64,000 bases of DNA from Candidatus Saccharimonadota bacterium (GCA_019352195.1 JACAFG010000003.1:64956-128955); one strand, 5' to 3'; shown: positions 51,945-63,716, counted from the stretch's first letter. Made by a program: numbers and translations. Notes: a model not told the origin generated them from the sequence alone.

Positions 51945-52430
51945 TTATATGACCTGCACGCCATACGTCATATAGAGCATGAACAGGCCCCACAAAACTT
52001 CGGTGGCAATGCCGTAAGGTGATTCGCTCCACTGAATATTGTGATGCAAGGCCTTAAAACGCGGGAAAAAGCGTCGTTTGAAGAAAATTTCAGGTAAATA
52101 CAACAGGTCGGGGGCCACTGCACCCAGCCAGCCACAGGCAATTTGGACGCGGCGCGCGGGAAAGGCGTATAAGCCGAGTCCGAGCATGGTAAGAGCCCCA
52201 GCAAAATCTAAGCTTCCCATGAGAAAATTTACCGGCGTCTTAAAAAACGACCAGCCTGGAATGTCAGGGCCTTTTACTTTATAGGTGAGAAACGGCCTGG
52301 GGACCCAGGCAGCGTGGGGTGTCGAATCAAGCAAGAGGTGAGACGCTACACCAGCAGGCAACACGATCAGCGGCGATTCGATGACCGTGCCAAGCCAAAC
52401 GCCGGTAAGGGCGTGATTTGTTAGTAACAT
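51945..52430 (-). CDS. Membrane protein, metal-dependent hydrolase-like
   Basis: HALTG, SHLLLD, APD motifs with TMs. Confidence 0.7.
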   Translation of the reverse strand: MLLTNHALTGVWLGTVIESPLIVLPAGVASHLLLDSTPHAAWVPRPFLTYKVKGPDIPGWSFFKTPVNFLMGSLDFAGALTMLGLGLYAFPARRVQIACGWLGAVAPDLLYLPEIFFKRRFFPRFKALHHNIQWSESPYGIATEVLWGLFMLYMTYGVQVI

Positions 52431-52503
52431 GAAATAAGCATAACAGCTGTCTTGAGAAGGCGTCGACTGTTATAATAAAGTCCGTAATTATCTTTGAGGG
52501 ATC

Positions 52504-55428
52504 ATGCCAACTAGCTCGCGACGAGTCGCAAAACGCAAGCCCGCCAAACCAATCTCAACGCCCACTGATCGTACCCCTGGCCTCAAAGGCCACCTCAAAC
52601 GTTTTTTTATGTCCTTTACCCCAAGCCGCTTTAAGGCCTACTGGCTGTCACGTGCTGGTATGGCTCGGGTGGGAAAGATTATTGGTGTCGGTGCACTGTT
52701 CGTGGTGCTCGTATTTTTGTGGTACGCCAAAGATTTGCCGAGCCCGTCAAAAATTAACGCACAAATTGGACTTACTACCACTTTTTATGCTCGAGATGAG
52801 CTCACAAACCCTGGCCACGGCACCAAACTTTACGAGGTTCATGGGAATGAGCAGCGTGTTGTTATCAACTTTGATCAAATGCCCGATAGCCTCAAGCATG
52901 CCACTGTCGCAGTTGAGGACCGTAATTTTTACAAAGAGGGTGCCTTTAGCTTTATCAGCATTTTCCGTGCCACGCTTACTGACCTTATTCATCATGGAGC
53001 TTACCAGGGTGGTTCAACTATCACGCAGCAGTATGTAAAAAACTCGCTGCTCACCAACGACCGCTCGATTTCGCGCAAAATTAAAGAGCTCATTTTGTCG
53101 GTGGAAATTAGCCAGTTCTACTCGAAAGACGACATACTGAAGCTCTATCTCAACGAAATTCCTTATGGCAACGGCGCTTACGGTGTCGAGGCAGCTTGTC
53201 GCACCTACTTTAGTAAGGCTCCAGCCAACTACGGTACGCAAAATTGTGCTCAGCACCTCAACCTTGGCCAGTCGGCACTGCTGGCCGCCATCCCCAATGC
53301 ACCGTCATACTACAGCCCTTATGGCGAACACAAAGCCGACCTCATTGCTCGTCAGAACGACATTCTGGACAAGATGGCCGCCCAAGGCTACATCACCCAA
53401 GCGCAGGCTGATGGTTCCAAGTGGACGCTGGCTCAGCTCGACACCTCAACCGCTGGTAACGCGACACGGCAAATCAACCAGTCGGCGGCCTTCTTCACTG
53501 CCGTCACGGCACCTAACTTTGTCTTTACCGTTCAAGATCAGCTTGAAGCCCAATACGGTGCCAGCACGGTGGAATCGGGAGGCTGGAAAGTTATTACCAC
53601 GCTCGACCCCAACCTACAAAAATGTGCCGAGTTATCAGTCTATAATCCCGGTAATGATACGTGTACGCCAGATGGCAAAACCGCCTTTAATCCGAACAAA
53701 AATGATGTCAACTATAAAAACTTAACGGCTCTTGGCGGTTCAAACGCAGCTCTCGTAGCGGCAGACCCCAAAACAGGCCAGGTCCTGAGTATGGTGGGAT
53801 CGTATTCATTCACTCAAGATCAAAACAACGTCGCGACGCTGAAGCGACCACCAGGATCGAGCTTTAAGCCCTATGTTTACGCGACTTTATTTGAAAAAAA
53901 TATGACAGCTGGTTGCACGAGTAACACGGCCGCCTGCGATACTTACGGCGCTGGCAGTATCCTTAACGACACCATTGCTGAAGGTGACTCATTTAGCTCT
54001 ACCTACCACCCGCGTGACTTTGGCGGTGGCGTCGAAGTTGGTGGGCCCGTAACTATTCGCACGGCCCTCAATGGCTCGCTCAACATCCCCGCGGTCCAAG
54101 CCCTCAAACTGGCTGGAACAACTGCCTCTATCGCCACGGCGCATAGCCTAGGAATTACCACTACCATCCCCGATAATGACCTGAGTATTGTGCTGGGTGA
54201 CGGCGATGTGAAGCTGGCCGATCACGTCAACGCCTATGAGAGTTTTGCTAACGGCGGGGTGCATTATGCCCCAACGATGGTACTTAAGATTACCGACGCT
54301 AAGGGCAATACCATTGAAGATGACACTAAACCCAAGACTCCCAAGAAAGTGCTCGACCCTCAAGCGGCCTATCTCATTGCCAACATTCTGAGCGACTCAA
54401 CCGCGCGTCAGTATGTCTTCGGTAGTTTGCTGCAAATCCCAGGCCACGTTGGTGGCAGTCAGGCCGGTCAGGGTGTAGCCGTAAAAACTGGTACCACCAC
54501 TGATGTTCGCGACGCCTGGACGATTGGCTTTTCGCCTTCAATTGTGGCAGGCGTTTGGGCGGGCAATGACAATAACGGGCCGATGTCAGACCAAGCCGTT
54601 AACATTTCTGGGCCAATCTGGACTGGGTTTATGACGGCTGCGCTGATGGGCAAGCCGATGGAGACCTTTGCCAAACCCGACGGACTGCAATATTTGCCCT
54701 TACCTGGACCAGCCTTAAAATCGACCTCACCCAACGACTACTTCCCCAAGTGGTACAAGGCGATCGTGCGTAAGATGGTTAATATTGATAAAGTCTCGGG
54801 CAAGCTGGCCACCAGCTGTACGCCGCCGCTGGCCATTCAGAACGTACTGGATACCGGTATTACTGATAGTGACGATGTCCACAGTTGTAATGACACCCAG
54901 CCGACCGTTCAGCTGTCGGGCCTCACGGGCGGTGGCCCCTACAACTTTACGGCCACCGTGGCGCTCGGCACGTTTGGAACCAGCAAGCCTGGGATTGGAA
55001 CTGCCCAACTGGTAGTAACGTTTAATGACCAGATTGTATCAACTCAAGACATATCGGCTTCGGGTAGCTACAACATTAGCTATACGCCGCCCAGCGACGG
55101 AACCTATATTGTGAAGGCAACGATCACCGATACGGGCTTGTATCAGGGCAGTGACCAGAAAACGGTGGTAGCGGGTGCAACTAGCTCGAGCTTTAAAGGA
55201 CTGACACCAAACTCGAGCAGTAGTCCGCCTGCTGGTAGCGTCGTCTTTAGCTGGACCGATGACAGTAAGGGGGCATACCAACTATTTGTCGACGGCAGTC
55301 CTAAAGGCGCACCTACCAACGGCACCGTCGAGTCGGCGCAGGTGCTTACCAAAAACGTCACGCATCATTGGTATGTTACCGATAGCGCCGGTAATTCGAC
55401 CGCTCCTATCGCGTTTACGGTTCAGTAG
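52504..55428 (+). CDS. Class A penicillin-binding protein with C-terminal beta-rich extension
   Basis: EDRNF, GSTITQQ, RKIKE (transglycosylase); SSFK, SLN, KTG (transpeptidase). Confidence 0.95.
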   Translation: MPTSSRRVAKRKPAKPISTPTDRTPGLKGHLKRFFMSFTPSRFKAYWLSRAGMARVGKIIGVGALFVVLVFLWYAKDLPSPSKINAQIGLTTTFYARDELTNPGHGTKLYEVHGNEQRVVINFDQMPDSLKHATVAVEDRNFYKEGAFSFISIFRATLTDLIHHGAYQGGSTITQQYVKNSLLTNDRSISRKIKELILSVEISQFYSKDDILKLYLNEIPYGNGAYGVEAACRTYFSKAPANYGTQNCAQHLNLGQSALLAAIPNAPSYYSPYGEHKADLIARQNDILDKMAAQGYITQAQADGSKWTLAQLDTSTAGNATRQINQSAAFFTAVTAPNFVFTVQDQLEAQYGASTVESGGWKVITTLDPNLQKCAELSVYNPGNDTCTPDGKTAFNPNKNDVNYKNLTALGGSNAALVAADPKTGQVLSMVGSYSFTQDQNNVATLKRPPGSSFKPYVYATLFEKNMTAGCTSNTAACDTYGAGSILNDTIAEGDSFSSTYHPRDFGGGVEVGGPVTIRTALNGSLNIPAVQALKLAGTTASIATAHSLGITTTIPDNDLSIVLGDGDVKLADHVNAYESFANGGVHYAPTMVLKITDAKGNTIEDDTKPKTPKKVLDPQAAYLIANILSDSTARQYVFGSLLQIPGHVGGSQAGQGVAVKTGTTTDVRDAWTIGFSPSIVAGVWAGNDNNGPMSDQAVNISGPIWTGFMTAALMGKPMETFAKPDGLQYLPLPGPALKSTSPNDYFPKWYKAIVRKMVNIDKVSGKLATSCTPPLAIQNVLDTGITDSDDVHSCNDTQPTVQLSGLTGGGPYNFTATVALGTFGTSKPGIGTAQLVVTFNDQIVSTQDISASGSYNISYTPPSDGTYIVKATITDTGLYQGSDQKTVVAGATSSSFKGLTPNSSSSPPAGSVVFSWTDDSKGAYQLFVDGSPKGAPTNGTVESAQVLTKNVTHHWYVTDSAGNSTAPIAFTVQ

Positions 55429-55442
55429 TCTGCCGAGTAGTA

Positions 55443-55479
55443 ATCAAAAACCCCCAGCTCAGGCTGGGGGTTTTTGATT
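55443..55479. terminator. Bidirectional terminator
   Basis: atcaaaaacccccagc-tcag-gctgggggtttttgat. Confidence 0.9.
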
Positions 55480-55489
55480 AGCGCGAGTA

Positions 55490-56539
55490 CTAGTCGCGGT
55501 CGGTGGTGTCGTCGCTCGTAGCGGCAATAATACTGTCCTCAAGCCGGCCGGTCGGTGACACAGGTCCGCGTCCACGGCCGCCGCGGCGTCCACGTGAACG
55601 GCCCGGCTTCGTAGGAGCGTCGGCGCCCTCGGCCGCAACCGTGGCCATGGGCGCCATGGCAGCGTCCAACATAGCTTCAGGCGCTGCTTCATGTGCATCA
55701 TGCTTATCTTGTTTGCCGGCCTTAGACGACGCTCCTGAACCAACCGGAACGCGGGGCACGGCAAAGATCATTTTGCCCGCCACGGTTTGGAATACGCGCG
55801 TAACTTCAGTGGAAACTTCTTGTCCCATCAGCTTATCGCCATCTTCAACCACTATCATGGTGCCGTCAGCTAAATAGCCGACGCCTTGGCTGCGTTCTTT
55901 ACCTGGCTGCACGATCCGGACCGTGAGCTCTTCGCCGGGTAACACGACCGGGCGAATGGCATTGGATAATTCGTTAACATTAAGTACTCGTACCCCCTGA
56001 ATGGCAGCGACACGGTTGAGATTGTAGTCGGTCGTCAGAACATTGATTTCGTGACGCTGAGCGAGGGCTACAAGCTTGGCATCCACCTCTTTGATGGTTG
56101 AAACATCTTCATCGGTCACTTCCACTGTAATTCCGGGCGTTTCGCGCAAGCGGTTCAAGACTTCGAGTCCGCGACGGCCACGGCCTCGGCGCATGGCGTC
56201 GTCGGAGTCGGCAATGTTTTGGAGCTCGGCTAGGACAAAGCGAGGTACCACGAGGCGGCCGGGAATAAAGCCAGCGTGGGCGATATCGGCGATACGGCCA
56301 TCGATAATCGCGGAAGTGTCGACCAAAATGCCTGGCATGGAAGCGTCATCAATAATCGGCTCCGTGGTAACGTCGGCCATGGTCATAGCGGTAGCAGTCG
56401 TACTTGCTGAGTTGTCTGGTGACGAGGGGCGGGGAGCACCATCTCGCTGAATCACGCGATGGGCGAGGATGGTTCCGATAAACACGGCGGCAGTGATAAC
56501 TATGAATTGGAGGATTAATAAAATGGGGTATGCGAACAA
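55490..56539 (-). CDS. PIN/TRAM domain membrane protein (YacL-like)
   Basis: VDTSAIIDGRI, RGRRGL, TDYNL, DGTMIVVE. Confidence 0.9.
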   Translation of the reverse strand: MFAYPILLILQFIVITAAVFIGTILAHRVIQRDGAPRPSSPDNSASTTATAMTMADVTTEPIIDDASMPGILVDTSAIIDGRIADIAHAGFIPGRLVVPRFVLAELQNIADSDDAMRRGRGRRGLEVLNRLRETPGITVEVTDEDVSTIKEVDAKLVALAQRHEINVLTTDYNLNRVAAIQGVRVLNVNELSNAIRPVVLPGEELTVRIVQPGKERSQGVGYLADGTMIVVEDGDKLMGQEVSTEVTRVFQTVAGKMIFAVPRVPVGSGASSKAGKQDKHDAHEAAPEAMLDAAMAPMATVAAEGADAPTKPGRSRGRRGGRGRGPVSPTGRLEDSIIAATSDDTTDRD

Positions 56540-57907
56540 TTAAGTATCCCTTCGGTTAATAACTGGATCTTTTGATGGGTTGAGTAAGCGAACGGCATCG
56601 GCAACCGTGGCAACACCTTGGATGCCGGCCGCAGTACCGAATTTGGGACCAATAGCACGACTTAGACCGAGACGCTTGGCTTCGGTAAGGCGTTTGGCAA
56701 CTTGATTGACTGAGCGAATTTCGCCATTAAGGCCAACTTCGCCAAAGGCGACCAGATCACCGGGGACCGCAACGTCGCTGTGAGCGGAGGCGATTGATAG
56801 AATAATTGCTAAATCGGCGGCCGGCTCAGTAATGCGAAGTCCGCCTACTACGTTAACATAAATGTCAGCAGAGCTCAAGTTGAGGCCAGCCCGTTTTGTA
56901 AGAACGGCTACCAATAAATTGAGCCGGTTGAGGTCAAAACCAACGGCGGTGCGTTTGGGATAACCAAAACTTGTAGGAACCACCAGCGCTTGCACTTCGA
57001 CCAATAAGGGCCGGGTGCCTTCTAACGTTGCTAGTACTACCGACCCGGGGCCAGGTTGGCGCTCGGCTAGCAATGACGCCGAAGGGTTGGGCACGGGGAT
57101 AAGGCCAGAATCAACCATTTCAAAGATACCGACCTCACTGGTCGAACCAAAGCGGTTTTTAATCCCCCGTAACGCCTTAAAGGCCCCATACCGGTCGCCT
57201 TCCAGATACAACACCACATCGACGAGGTGCTCGAGAATTTTGGGGCCGGCAATGGTCCCGTCCTTGGTGACATGCCCAATAATGAGCAGCGAAATATGGC
57301 GCCCTTTGGCCACGCTTTGCAGCGCCTGCGAGCTGGCGGTAATCTGACCAACGGTACCGGGGGCGCCCGTGAGTATGTCAACGGCCATGGTTTGAATGGA
57401 GTCGATAATAACGAGATCGTACTGGCCGCCCGTAATAGTGGCGATAATGCTGTCGACGCTGGTTTCGGACAATAAGTCCAAACCATCAGCCGCCAATTTG
57501 AGGCGGTCGGCGCGGAGTTTAATTTGAGACGTGCTCTCTTCACCCGAAACATACAAGACATGCTTTGACTGAGCCAGGGCCGCCGCAATTTGAAGTACGA
57601 GGGTCGATTTACCGATACCGGGATCGCCCGAGAGCAAAATAACGGATCCTGGTACAATGCCGCCGCCCAGTACCTGGTCGACTTCATCGAGGCCCGAAGG
57701 GAATCTCGGCCTATCCCCCGCTTTTATGCTATCGAGGCGTTCAGTACGCACGGCCGAGGCAGCGACGGTTTTGCCGGCTTTGATGCTTGGTGCGGCGGCT
57801 TCTTCGAGCAGGCTGTTCCAAGCACCACAGCTTTCGCACTTGCCTACCCAACGGGAATAGCTAGCGCCGCAATTTTGGCAACTAAAATGAGTGGTAGATT
57901 TCGCCAT
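56540..57907 (-). CDS. radA: DNA repair protein RadA/Sms
   Basis: C4 Zn finger, GDPGIGKST, KNRFG. Confidence 0.96.
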   Translation of the reverse strand: MAKSTTHFSCQNCGASYSRWVGKCESCGAWNSLLEEAAAPSIKAGKTVAASAVRTERLDSIKAGDRPRFPSGLDEVDQVLGGGIVPGSVILLSGDPGIGKSTLVLQIAAALAQSKHVLYVSGEESTSQIKLRADRLKLAADGLDLLSETSVDSIIATITGGQYDLVIIDSIQTMAVDILTGAPGTVGQITASSQALQSVAKGRHISLLIIGHVTKDGTIAGPKILEHLVDVVLYLEGDRYGAFKALRGIKNRFGSTSEVGIFEMVDSGLIPVPNPSASLLAERQPGPGSVVLATLEGTRPLLVEVQALVVPTSFGYPKRTAVGFDLNRLNLLVAVLTKRAGLNLSSADIYVNVVGGLRITEPAADLAIILSIASAHSDVAVPGDLVAFGEVGLNGEIRSVNQVAKRLTEAKRLGLSRAIGPKFGTAAGIQGVATVADAVRLLNPSKDPVINRRDT

Positions 57908-58047
57908 TAGATCTATTGTAGCAGACACCGAACATAAGGCGTACAATTGAGTTGTCCTGCGCGGCATTCTTGCAGGCATTATATCACAGTAACACAATAA
58001 AAATAAGTATTGTCAAATACAGGTAGCCTCGATATGATTACCTACAT

Positions 58048-59865
58048 ATGAAAACTATGTCGACATTTATCCATTCTTTTCGTCTCATTACGAGCAATTT
58101 TGGCCGAGTACTCAAGATGGCGTGGCAGGTATCGCCATGGATGTACATTGTCCAGTTTCTCATTCAAGCCATTACCGGACTCATTCCGCTGTTAACCGCG
58201 TTCTTAGCGGGTGCGGTTGTAAACAGCTTGGCGAAAGCTTTAGCTGAGCACAATTCTAACCTTACGCCGCTTTACTGGCTGGTTGGTGGTTTGGCGCTAG
58301 CGCAGCTCGTATTGAACCAGCTGGCTTATCTCGACTCATACCTTGATAGTATTTATGCGCTCAAATTTGACGGTTTCATTTGGGAAAATTTGTTGCACCA
58401 ATATACCCGACTCGACCAGACATATTATGATGACGCGGCCTTCAATGACAAATTTAATAAGATTGTTCAGAACGCCTTTGCAATGAGGAATCTATCGAGC
58501 CAATCTCAAAATCTATTTGGAAGCACGGTCCAACTGATTGCTGCCGCGGCAGCTTTGTGGACGCTGTCGCCGTGGCTTGTGCCGGTTATTTTGATTACCC
58601 TTGCGCCGGTGATGATTATTGAAGCGACAGCCAATGTTCGGCAATGGCACTATTACGATCGAAACGGCGAAGATTTCCGCATGCAGGTCTATCTACGTAA
58701 TTCGCTAACAGATAATACTAAAATTCGAGAGATTAAGCTTTACGGCATTAGCGGGTGGCTTACCGATCGATGGCGCAAACATTTCGAAATTGCGCGACGA
58801 GGCCAGGCCGAGATCCGCCAAAAAGCGCAGCGCCAGCTGGGAGTTGCCGGTATTCTGGACGCCGGCGTACAACTAGGTATCCAAATTTGGCTCATCAACC
58901 TCGTGGTTAGCCGAGGACTCGCAGGCATTGGGCAGTTTGTGTTTTATCGCCAGGTAGTCCAAAACTTCGCGTCGGCTGGCGCTGCGGCCACACGAATGCT
59001 GCAGCTGATGCAGGCAAATTCACTGTATGTGGACGATTATTTTGACTTCATGTCCCTGGAGCCTCGTCTGGTGCAGCCGATTTCTCCCCGATCGATCCAG
59101 GCGCAAGGGGCGCCGACGGTTGTGTTCGAGAATGTGTCGTTTAAGTACCCCAATGCCAAGCAGTGGGCACTGCGTCATCTAAGCTTGGAGGTCACGCCTG
59201 GTGAGGACGTAGCGCTGATCGGTGAGAACGGCGCTGGTAAAACCACATTCGTCAAACTGCTCATGCGACTCTACGACCCAACTGAGGGACGAATCCTAAT
59301 TGATGGGGTCGATATTCGAGAGATCGATTTGGAAGATTGGAATAGCCGTATCGGCGTTCTTTTTCAAGATTTTAATAAGTATGGACCGTTAACTCTCGGT
59401 GAGAATATCCAAACGGGTAAGGTTTCGCGTCCAGCAGTGCCGGCCGAACTCGATAAGGCGGTTGAGCAGGCTGGGGGTGACAACTTCCGTTCTGGCCTTG
59501 CTAATGGCCTCGACCAAATCTTAACTAATGCCTTCAAAGGAGGCGTCGACCTCAGCGGCGGCCAATGGCAGCGGGTAGCGTTGGCGCGGGCGTTTTACCG
59601 TGACGCGCCCATTTTGGTGCTCGACGAACCGACTTCGGCCATTGATGCTAAAGGCGAATATGAGATTTTTCAGCAGATTAAGCGGGTGCAAGCCAGTAAA
59701 ACCACGATTATCATTTCGCACCGGTTTAGTACCGTCCGTAACGCTCATCGCATCATTGTGCTTGAAAAAGGTCGGGTAACTGAATCGGGCAGCCACGACG
59801 AGTTGATGAAGCTAGCTGGCCGCTACCGCGAATTGTTCGAGCTGCAGGCCGCAGGTTACCGATAA
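58048..59865 (+). CDS. ABC exporter (TMD + NBD)
   Basis: TM domain; GENGAGKT, LSGGQWQR, DEPT. Confidence 0.92.
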   Translation: MKTMSTFIHSFRLITSNFGRVLKMAWQVSPWMYIVQFLIQAITGLIPLLTAFLAGAVVNSLAKALAEHNSNLTPLYWLVGGLALAQLVLNQLAYLDSYLDSIYALKFDGFIWENLLHQYTRLDQTYYDDAAFNDKFNKIVQNAFAMRNLSSQSQNLFGSTVQLIAAAAALWTLSPWLVPVILITLAPVMIIEATANVRQWHYYDRNGEDFRMQVYLRNSLTDNTKIREIKLYGISGWLTDRWRKHFEIARRGQAEIRQKAQRQLGVAGILDAGVQLGIQIWLINLVVSRGLAGIGQFVFYRQVVQNFASAGAAATRMLQLMQANSLYVDDYFDFMSLEPRLVQPISPRSIQAQGAPTVVFENVSFKYPNAKQWALRHLSLEVTPGEDVALIGENGAGKTTFVKLLMRLYDPTEGRILIDGVDIREIDLEDWNSRIGVLFQDFNKYGPLTLGENIQTGKVSRPAVPAELDKAVEQAGGDNFRSGLANGLDQILTNAFKGGVDLSGGQWQRVALARAFYRDAPILVLDEPTSAIDAKGEYEIFQQIKRVQASKTTIIISHRFSTVRNAHRIIVLEKGRVTESGSHDELMKLAGRYRELFELQAAGYR

Positions 59866-60479
59866 TGACGGCGGCTGATGTGAAGCAGGCTGAAGAAGCT
59901 TTAATAGAGCTTGACCCCAAGCTGGGGGAGGTCATAATTCGTCAGCGGCCGTTAGCACCCCGCGATCGCGGCGGTTATTTTGAATCGCTATGTCGATCCA
60001 TTATTGGTCAGCAAGTGTCAGTGGCGTCGGCCAGCGCCATTTACGGCCGCTTGGCGGTGGTGACAAGTCTCGACCCCATCAACGTTGCAGCGTTGGATGA
60101 GGCGGCAATGAAAACCATCGGCTTGTCGCGGCAAAAACTCAGCTACTTAGTTGATTTAGCCGTCCATTTTGTAGACCAACCCGATATCTATGATCATCTT
60201 GAAACAAGCGGCGATGACGAGGCGATAGACGAGCTCACGGCCATCAAAGGCATTGGCGTGTGGACGGCGCAAATGTTTCTCATGTTTACGCTGGGACGAG
60301 CGGACGTGTTTGCACCCGACGATGTTGGGCTGCAAAACGCCATGAAGCGCCTGTACGGCTGGGAAGTGCTGCCCAAAAAGGCGGAACTCACTGAGTTTGC
60401 GTTACGTTGGGCGCCGCATCGCACCACCGCGAGCTTGCATTTATGGGCCTCGCTCAACAACGCGCCAAATATTACTTGA
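59865..60479 (+). CDS. alkA: DNA-3-methyladenine glycosylase II (AlkA-like HhH-GPD)
   Basis: IIGQQVS, IKGIGVWTA, PDD. Confidence 0.85.
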   Translation: MTAADVKQAEEALIELDPKLGEVIIRQRPLAPRDRGGYFESLCRSIIGQQVSVASASAIYGRLAVVTSLDPINVAALDEAAMKTIGLSRQKLSYLVDLAVHFVDQPDIYDHLETSGDDEAIDELTAIKGIGVWTAQMFLMFTLGRADVFAPDDVGLQNAMKRLYGWEVLPKKAELTEFALRWAPHRTTASLHLWASLNNAPNIT

Positions 60480-60673
60480 CTTTATAGCATAACTAGTATA
60501 CAATGTAGTAATCACCTTGGAAAGCCAAGATCAGCCAGAAAAAGAAAGTCTGGAAGCTGACCCTAAGGGGCATCGTTCCTCCTGGTCATCCGGACCCGAT
60601 TTCGGCTTCCGAGGAGGCCGGCGATCCGCCCAACGATGTCGACGGCGAAGACTTCTGTTGGGACGCCCCGCCT

Positions 60674-60940
60674 ATGGCCATGTTGTCCGGTCATCCCGGT
60701 GAGACCGGCGATGCCCGGTCACACGTAGAGCCCGACGCCAAGTTCTCCGAAGGCCCGTGGGGACGTCCGGGCGAATACGCTGATCCTGTGACGTACGCAC
60801 GCCTCAACCGTCTCCCGACGCCGGCTTCAGAGACGTCTGCCACTACCCACCAAGGTCCCGCTGACCGCGACCCCAACCCCTACGTCCCGGGCCCAGGCCC
60901 GAGATCGCACCGTGCGGGTTCAACCCCGCAGAACTGCTAG
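60674..60940 (+). CDS. Pro-rich hypothetical protein (start uncertain)
   Basis: Between a TTGACT-17-TACAAT promoter (60476-60504) and a hairpin (60952-60980); frame open from 60512. Confidence 0.4.
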   Translation: MAMLSGHPGETGDARSHVEPDAKFSEGPWGRPGEYADPVTYARLNRLPTPASETSATTHQGPADRDPNPYVPGPGPRSHRAGSTPQNC

Positions 60941-61072
60941 TCCTTGCTCGACCCGACCGTCACTGCCAGTGGCGGTCGGGGCACTACCCTAGTTTCCAAC
61001 TTCGTTGGAGATTGAGATGGTGATTACAAAAAACTCTCCTGTTGGAGAGTTTTTTGTTTGGGCCTGGGGTGT

Positions 61073-63586
61073 TTATTCCGTGATCGTCTCGACTTCGTCA
61101 GCTAAGGCTTTGGTACGTTTGCCGGCTGTAAGCACGAGCTCGTCCCCTCGGCGCGTTAGGTTGATATTATCGCCTTCGGTAAAGCGGCCATCGAGCAGAC
61201 CCATTGCCAAAGGATCTTCAATGAGATCTTGGACCGCGCGACGCATCGGCCTGGCACCTTGTTCGACGTCATAACCACGCTCCATCAGCAAAGCTTTGGC
61301 AGTAGCACTGACCTTGAGCTTGAGCGACTGCTCGGCAATACGCTTGGCCAGTTCGGCCAGCTGCAAATTGAGTACTTTCTTGATGTCGTTTTGGCTGAGA
61401 GATTTGAACACCACAATGTTGTCGATACGATTGAGGAACTCGGGACGGAAGCTCTTTTTAAGCTCGCCGAGGACTTTCTCTTTCACGCGAATATGCGTGG
61501 CATCAAGCTGCTTCTCTTCGGCCGGGGTTTCGGTTTTGAAGCCAATGGTTGCCTCACGGTGCATTTCGGAGGCGCCAACGTTGCTGGTCATAATGACGAC
61601 CGTGTTGGTGAAGTCGACTTTGCGGCCTTTGGCATCGGTAACCTGACCATCCTCGAGAATTTGCAGGAGCATATTGAAGACGTCCGGGTGAGCTTTTTCT
61701 ATTTCATCGAACAATATGAGACTAAAAGGCTTGCGGCGTACTTGTTCGGTGAGCTGACCGCCATCGTCATAACCAACGTAGCCGGCGGGTGCGCCCACGA
61801 GCCTAGCCACATTGTGCTTTTCCATAAACTCCGACATGTCGATTTTGATGATCGCGTCGCGATTGTGGAACAACTCTTCGGCGAGTTGTCGCGCGAGCTC
61901 GGTCTTACCAACACCAGTTGGGCCCAAGAAGATAAATGAACCTATGGGGCGTCTAGAGTCAGAGATACCGGTGCGAGAGCGGCGAATCGAGCGAGCAATG
62001 ACTTCCACAGCCTCATCTTGACCAACCACATGGTATTTCAGTGAATCGGCTAATTTGAGCAGGCTTTCGACGTCGGTTTTGACCAGACGGTTAAGCGGAA
62101 TACCCGTCATAAGCGCGACGACGCTAGCAATATCTTCGGCACCAATTTTGACTGAACTATCTTCGCCGGCCTTGAGCTTGAGCTGACTGAGGCGGTTGGC
62201 AATAACGCTTTCGCGGGTTTTGAGGCGCGCGGCCAGCTCAAAGTCTTGATCGAATACGGCGTTTTCGATGTCGTCGCGAATTTCGGTGAGCTGCTTTTGC
62301 AAACCACGAGCCGGCTTGGGGCTGCCGCCGCGCTTAATGCGAGCCAGCGAAGCTGCTTCGTCAACCAGGTCGATGGCTTTATCAGGCAAGAAGCGGTCGG
62401 CCACATAGCGTTTAGCAAGTTTAGCCGCGGCCTCAATGGCCTCATCGGTGATTTCGACGTGGTGGTGCTCTTCGTACTTGGGCCGTAAACCTTGCAGTAC
62501 TTCGATCGTTTCTTCAACGGTAGCTTCGGGAACCTGAATGGGTTGGAATCGACGCTCCAAGGCGGCATCTTTTTCGATGTGCTTGCGATACTCTTCGAGC
62601 GTAGTGGCGCCGACTACTTGGATTTCACCGCGGCCGAGAGCCGGCTTTAAGATGTTGGCAGCGTCGATGGCGCCTTCGGCAGCACCCGCGCCAACTACGG
62701 TGTGGAGCTCATCGATAAAGAGAATAACGTCGGGCGAAGCTTTGGCCTCATCGAGAATCTTTTTGAGGCGCTCTTCGAACTCTCCGCGATACTTGGTGCC
62801 CGCGATAACCGAGGCTAAATCAAGCATCACCAGACGCTTGTTGTGCAAGGTTTCCGGAACATCATCGCCAGCAATTTTTTGTGCGAGGCCTTCGGCGACG
62901 GCGGTTTTACCAACGCCCGGCTCACCAATGAGAACGGGGTTATTCTTGGTACGGCGACCCAAAATTGAGATGACGCGGCCAATTTGAATCTCGCGGCCAA
63001 CTACCGGGTCCAACTGGTCGGCGCGAGCCTTGGCAGTGAGATCGATACCAAAATGATCGAGTGCGGGAGTTTTACTTTTGCCGCCATTCTTGGTGCGGGT
63101 GGCCGTAGCGGTGCGCTCATCATCGGCATAAAAGTACTGCTGGTTCGATAAATAGTTTTCAAGCTCGGTGCGAATAGCGACCGGGTCGACCTGTAAATCG
63201 TTTTTAAGCAGGCTGATGGCGCGGGCACTCTTTTCGCTTAAAATTGCATACAAAATGTGCTCGGTGCCACAATAGGGCTGACCAAACTCTTTCGCTACCC
63301 GCATCGAGTAAGTGAGCGTACGCTTGGCGGTTTCGGAGGCACCCTTGTATGAACCGGAGCCAAGTTGCTGACTAAAGCTTAAGACGAGTTGCGCTTTTTC
63401 AAACGTCACACCGGCGCTGGCGAGCATTTTGGCGCCAATGGAACCGTCCTGCTGCAACACGCCTAGCAGTATATGCTCGGTGCCAACATAGCTCGAGCCC
63501 ATTTGGCTAGCGATAGTTTCCGCATTCTCAAGGCTTTTGCGAGCGTTATCAGTGAACCGATCAAATTGTGAATTTAAATCTGCCAA
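61073..63586 (-). CDS. clpC: Clp protease ATP-binding subunit ClpC
   Basis: Clp N repeats, [11 protein letters not shown]-like coil, [11 protein letters not shown] loop. Confidence 0.95.
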   Translation of the reverse strand: MADLNSQFDRFTDNARKSLENAETIASQMGSSYVGTEHILLGVLQQDGSIGAKMLASAGVTFEKAQLVLSFSQQLGSGSYKGASETAKRTLTYSMRVAKEFGQPYCGTEHILYAILSEKSARAISLLKNDLQVDPVAIRTELENYLSNQQYFYADDERTATATRTKNGGKSKTPALDHFGIDLTAKARADQLDPVVGREIQIGRVISILGRRTKNNPVLIGEPGVGKTAVAEGLAQKIAGDDVPETLHNKRLVMLDLASVIAGTKYRGEFEERLKKILDEAKASPDVILFIDELHTVVGAGAAEGAIDAANILKPALGRGEIQVVGATTLEEYRKHIEKDAALERRFQPIQVPEATVEETIEVLQGLRPKYEEHHHVEITDEAIEAAAKLAKRYVADRFLPDKAIDLVDEAASLARIKRGGSPKPARGLQKQLTEIRDDIENAVFDQDFELAARLKTRESVIANRLSQLKLKAGEDSSVKIGAEDIASVVALMTGIPLNRLVKTDVESLLKLADSLKYHVVGQDEAVEVIARSIRRSRTGISDSRRPIGSFIFLGPTGVGKTELARQLAEELFHNRDAIIKIDMSEFMEKHNVARLVGAPAGYVGYDDGGQLTEQVRRKPFSLILFDEIEKAHPDVFNMLLQILEDGQVTDAKGRKVDFTNTVVIMTSNVGASEMHREATIGFKTETPAEEKQLDATHIRVKEKVLGELKKSFRPEFLNRIDNIVVFKSLSQNDIKKVLNLQLAELAKRIAEQSLKLKVSATAKALLMERGYDVEQGARPMRRAVQDLIEDPLAMGLLDGRFTEGDNINLTRRGDELVLTAGKRTKALADEVETITE

Positions 63587-63689
63587 AGTGTCCCCTGCCT
63601 TCCTACTTCAATAATCCCATATCGGCGGCTCAGGTTCTAGGTGAAATCTGTAATAAGCCGCGCCGAGAACTAAACTAAGTATAGCACTT

Positions 63690-63716
63690 CTGGCACTCGG
63701 ATCAAGTGAGTGCTAA
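63690..63716. promoter_or_regulatory. CIRCE-like operator upstream of clpC
   Basis: CTGGCACTC-N9-GAGTGCTAA; extra half-site tagcact at 63682. Confidence 0.8.

Noticed and set aside
54770-55428. PBP1A C-terminal extension as a novel fusion
   Set aside because: Ig-like tails on class A PBPs are common; nothing distinctive is visible
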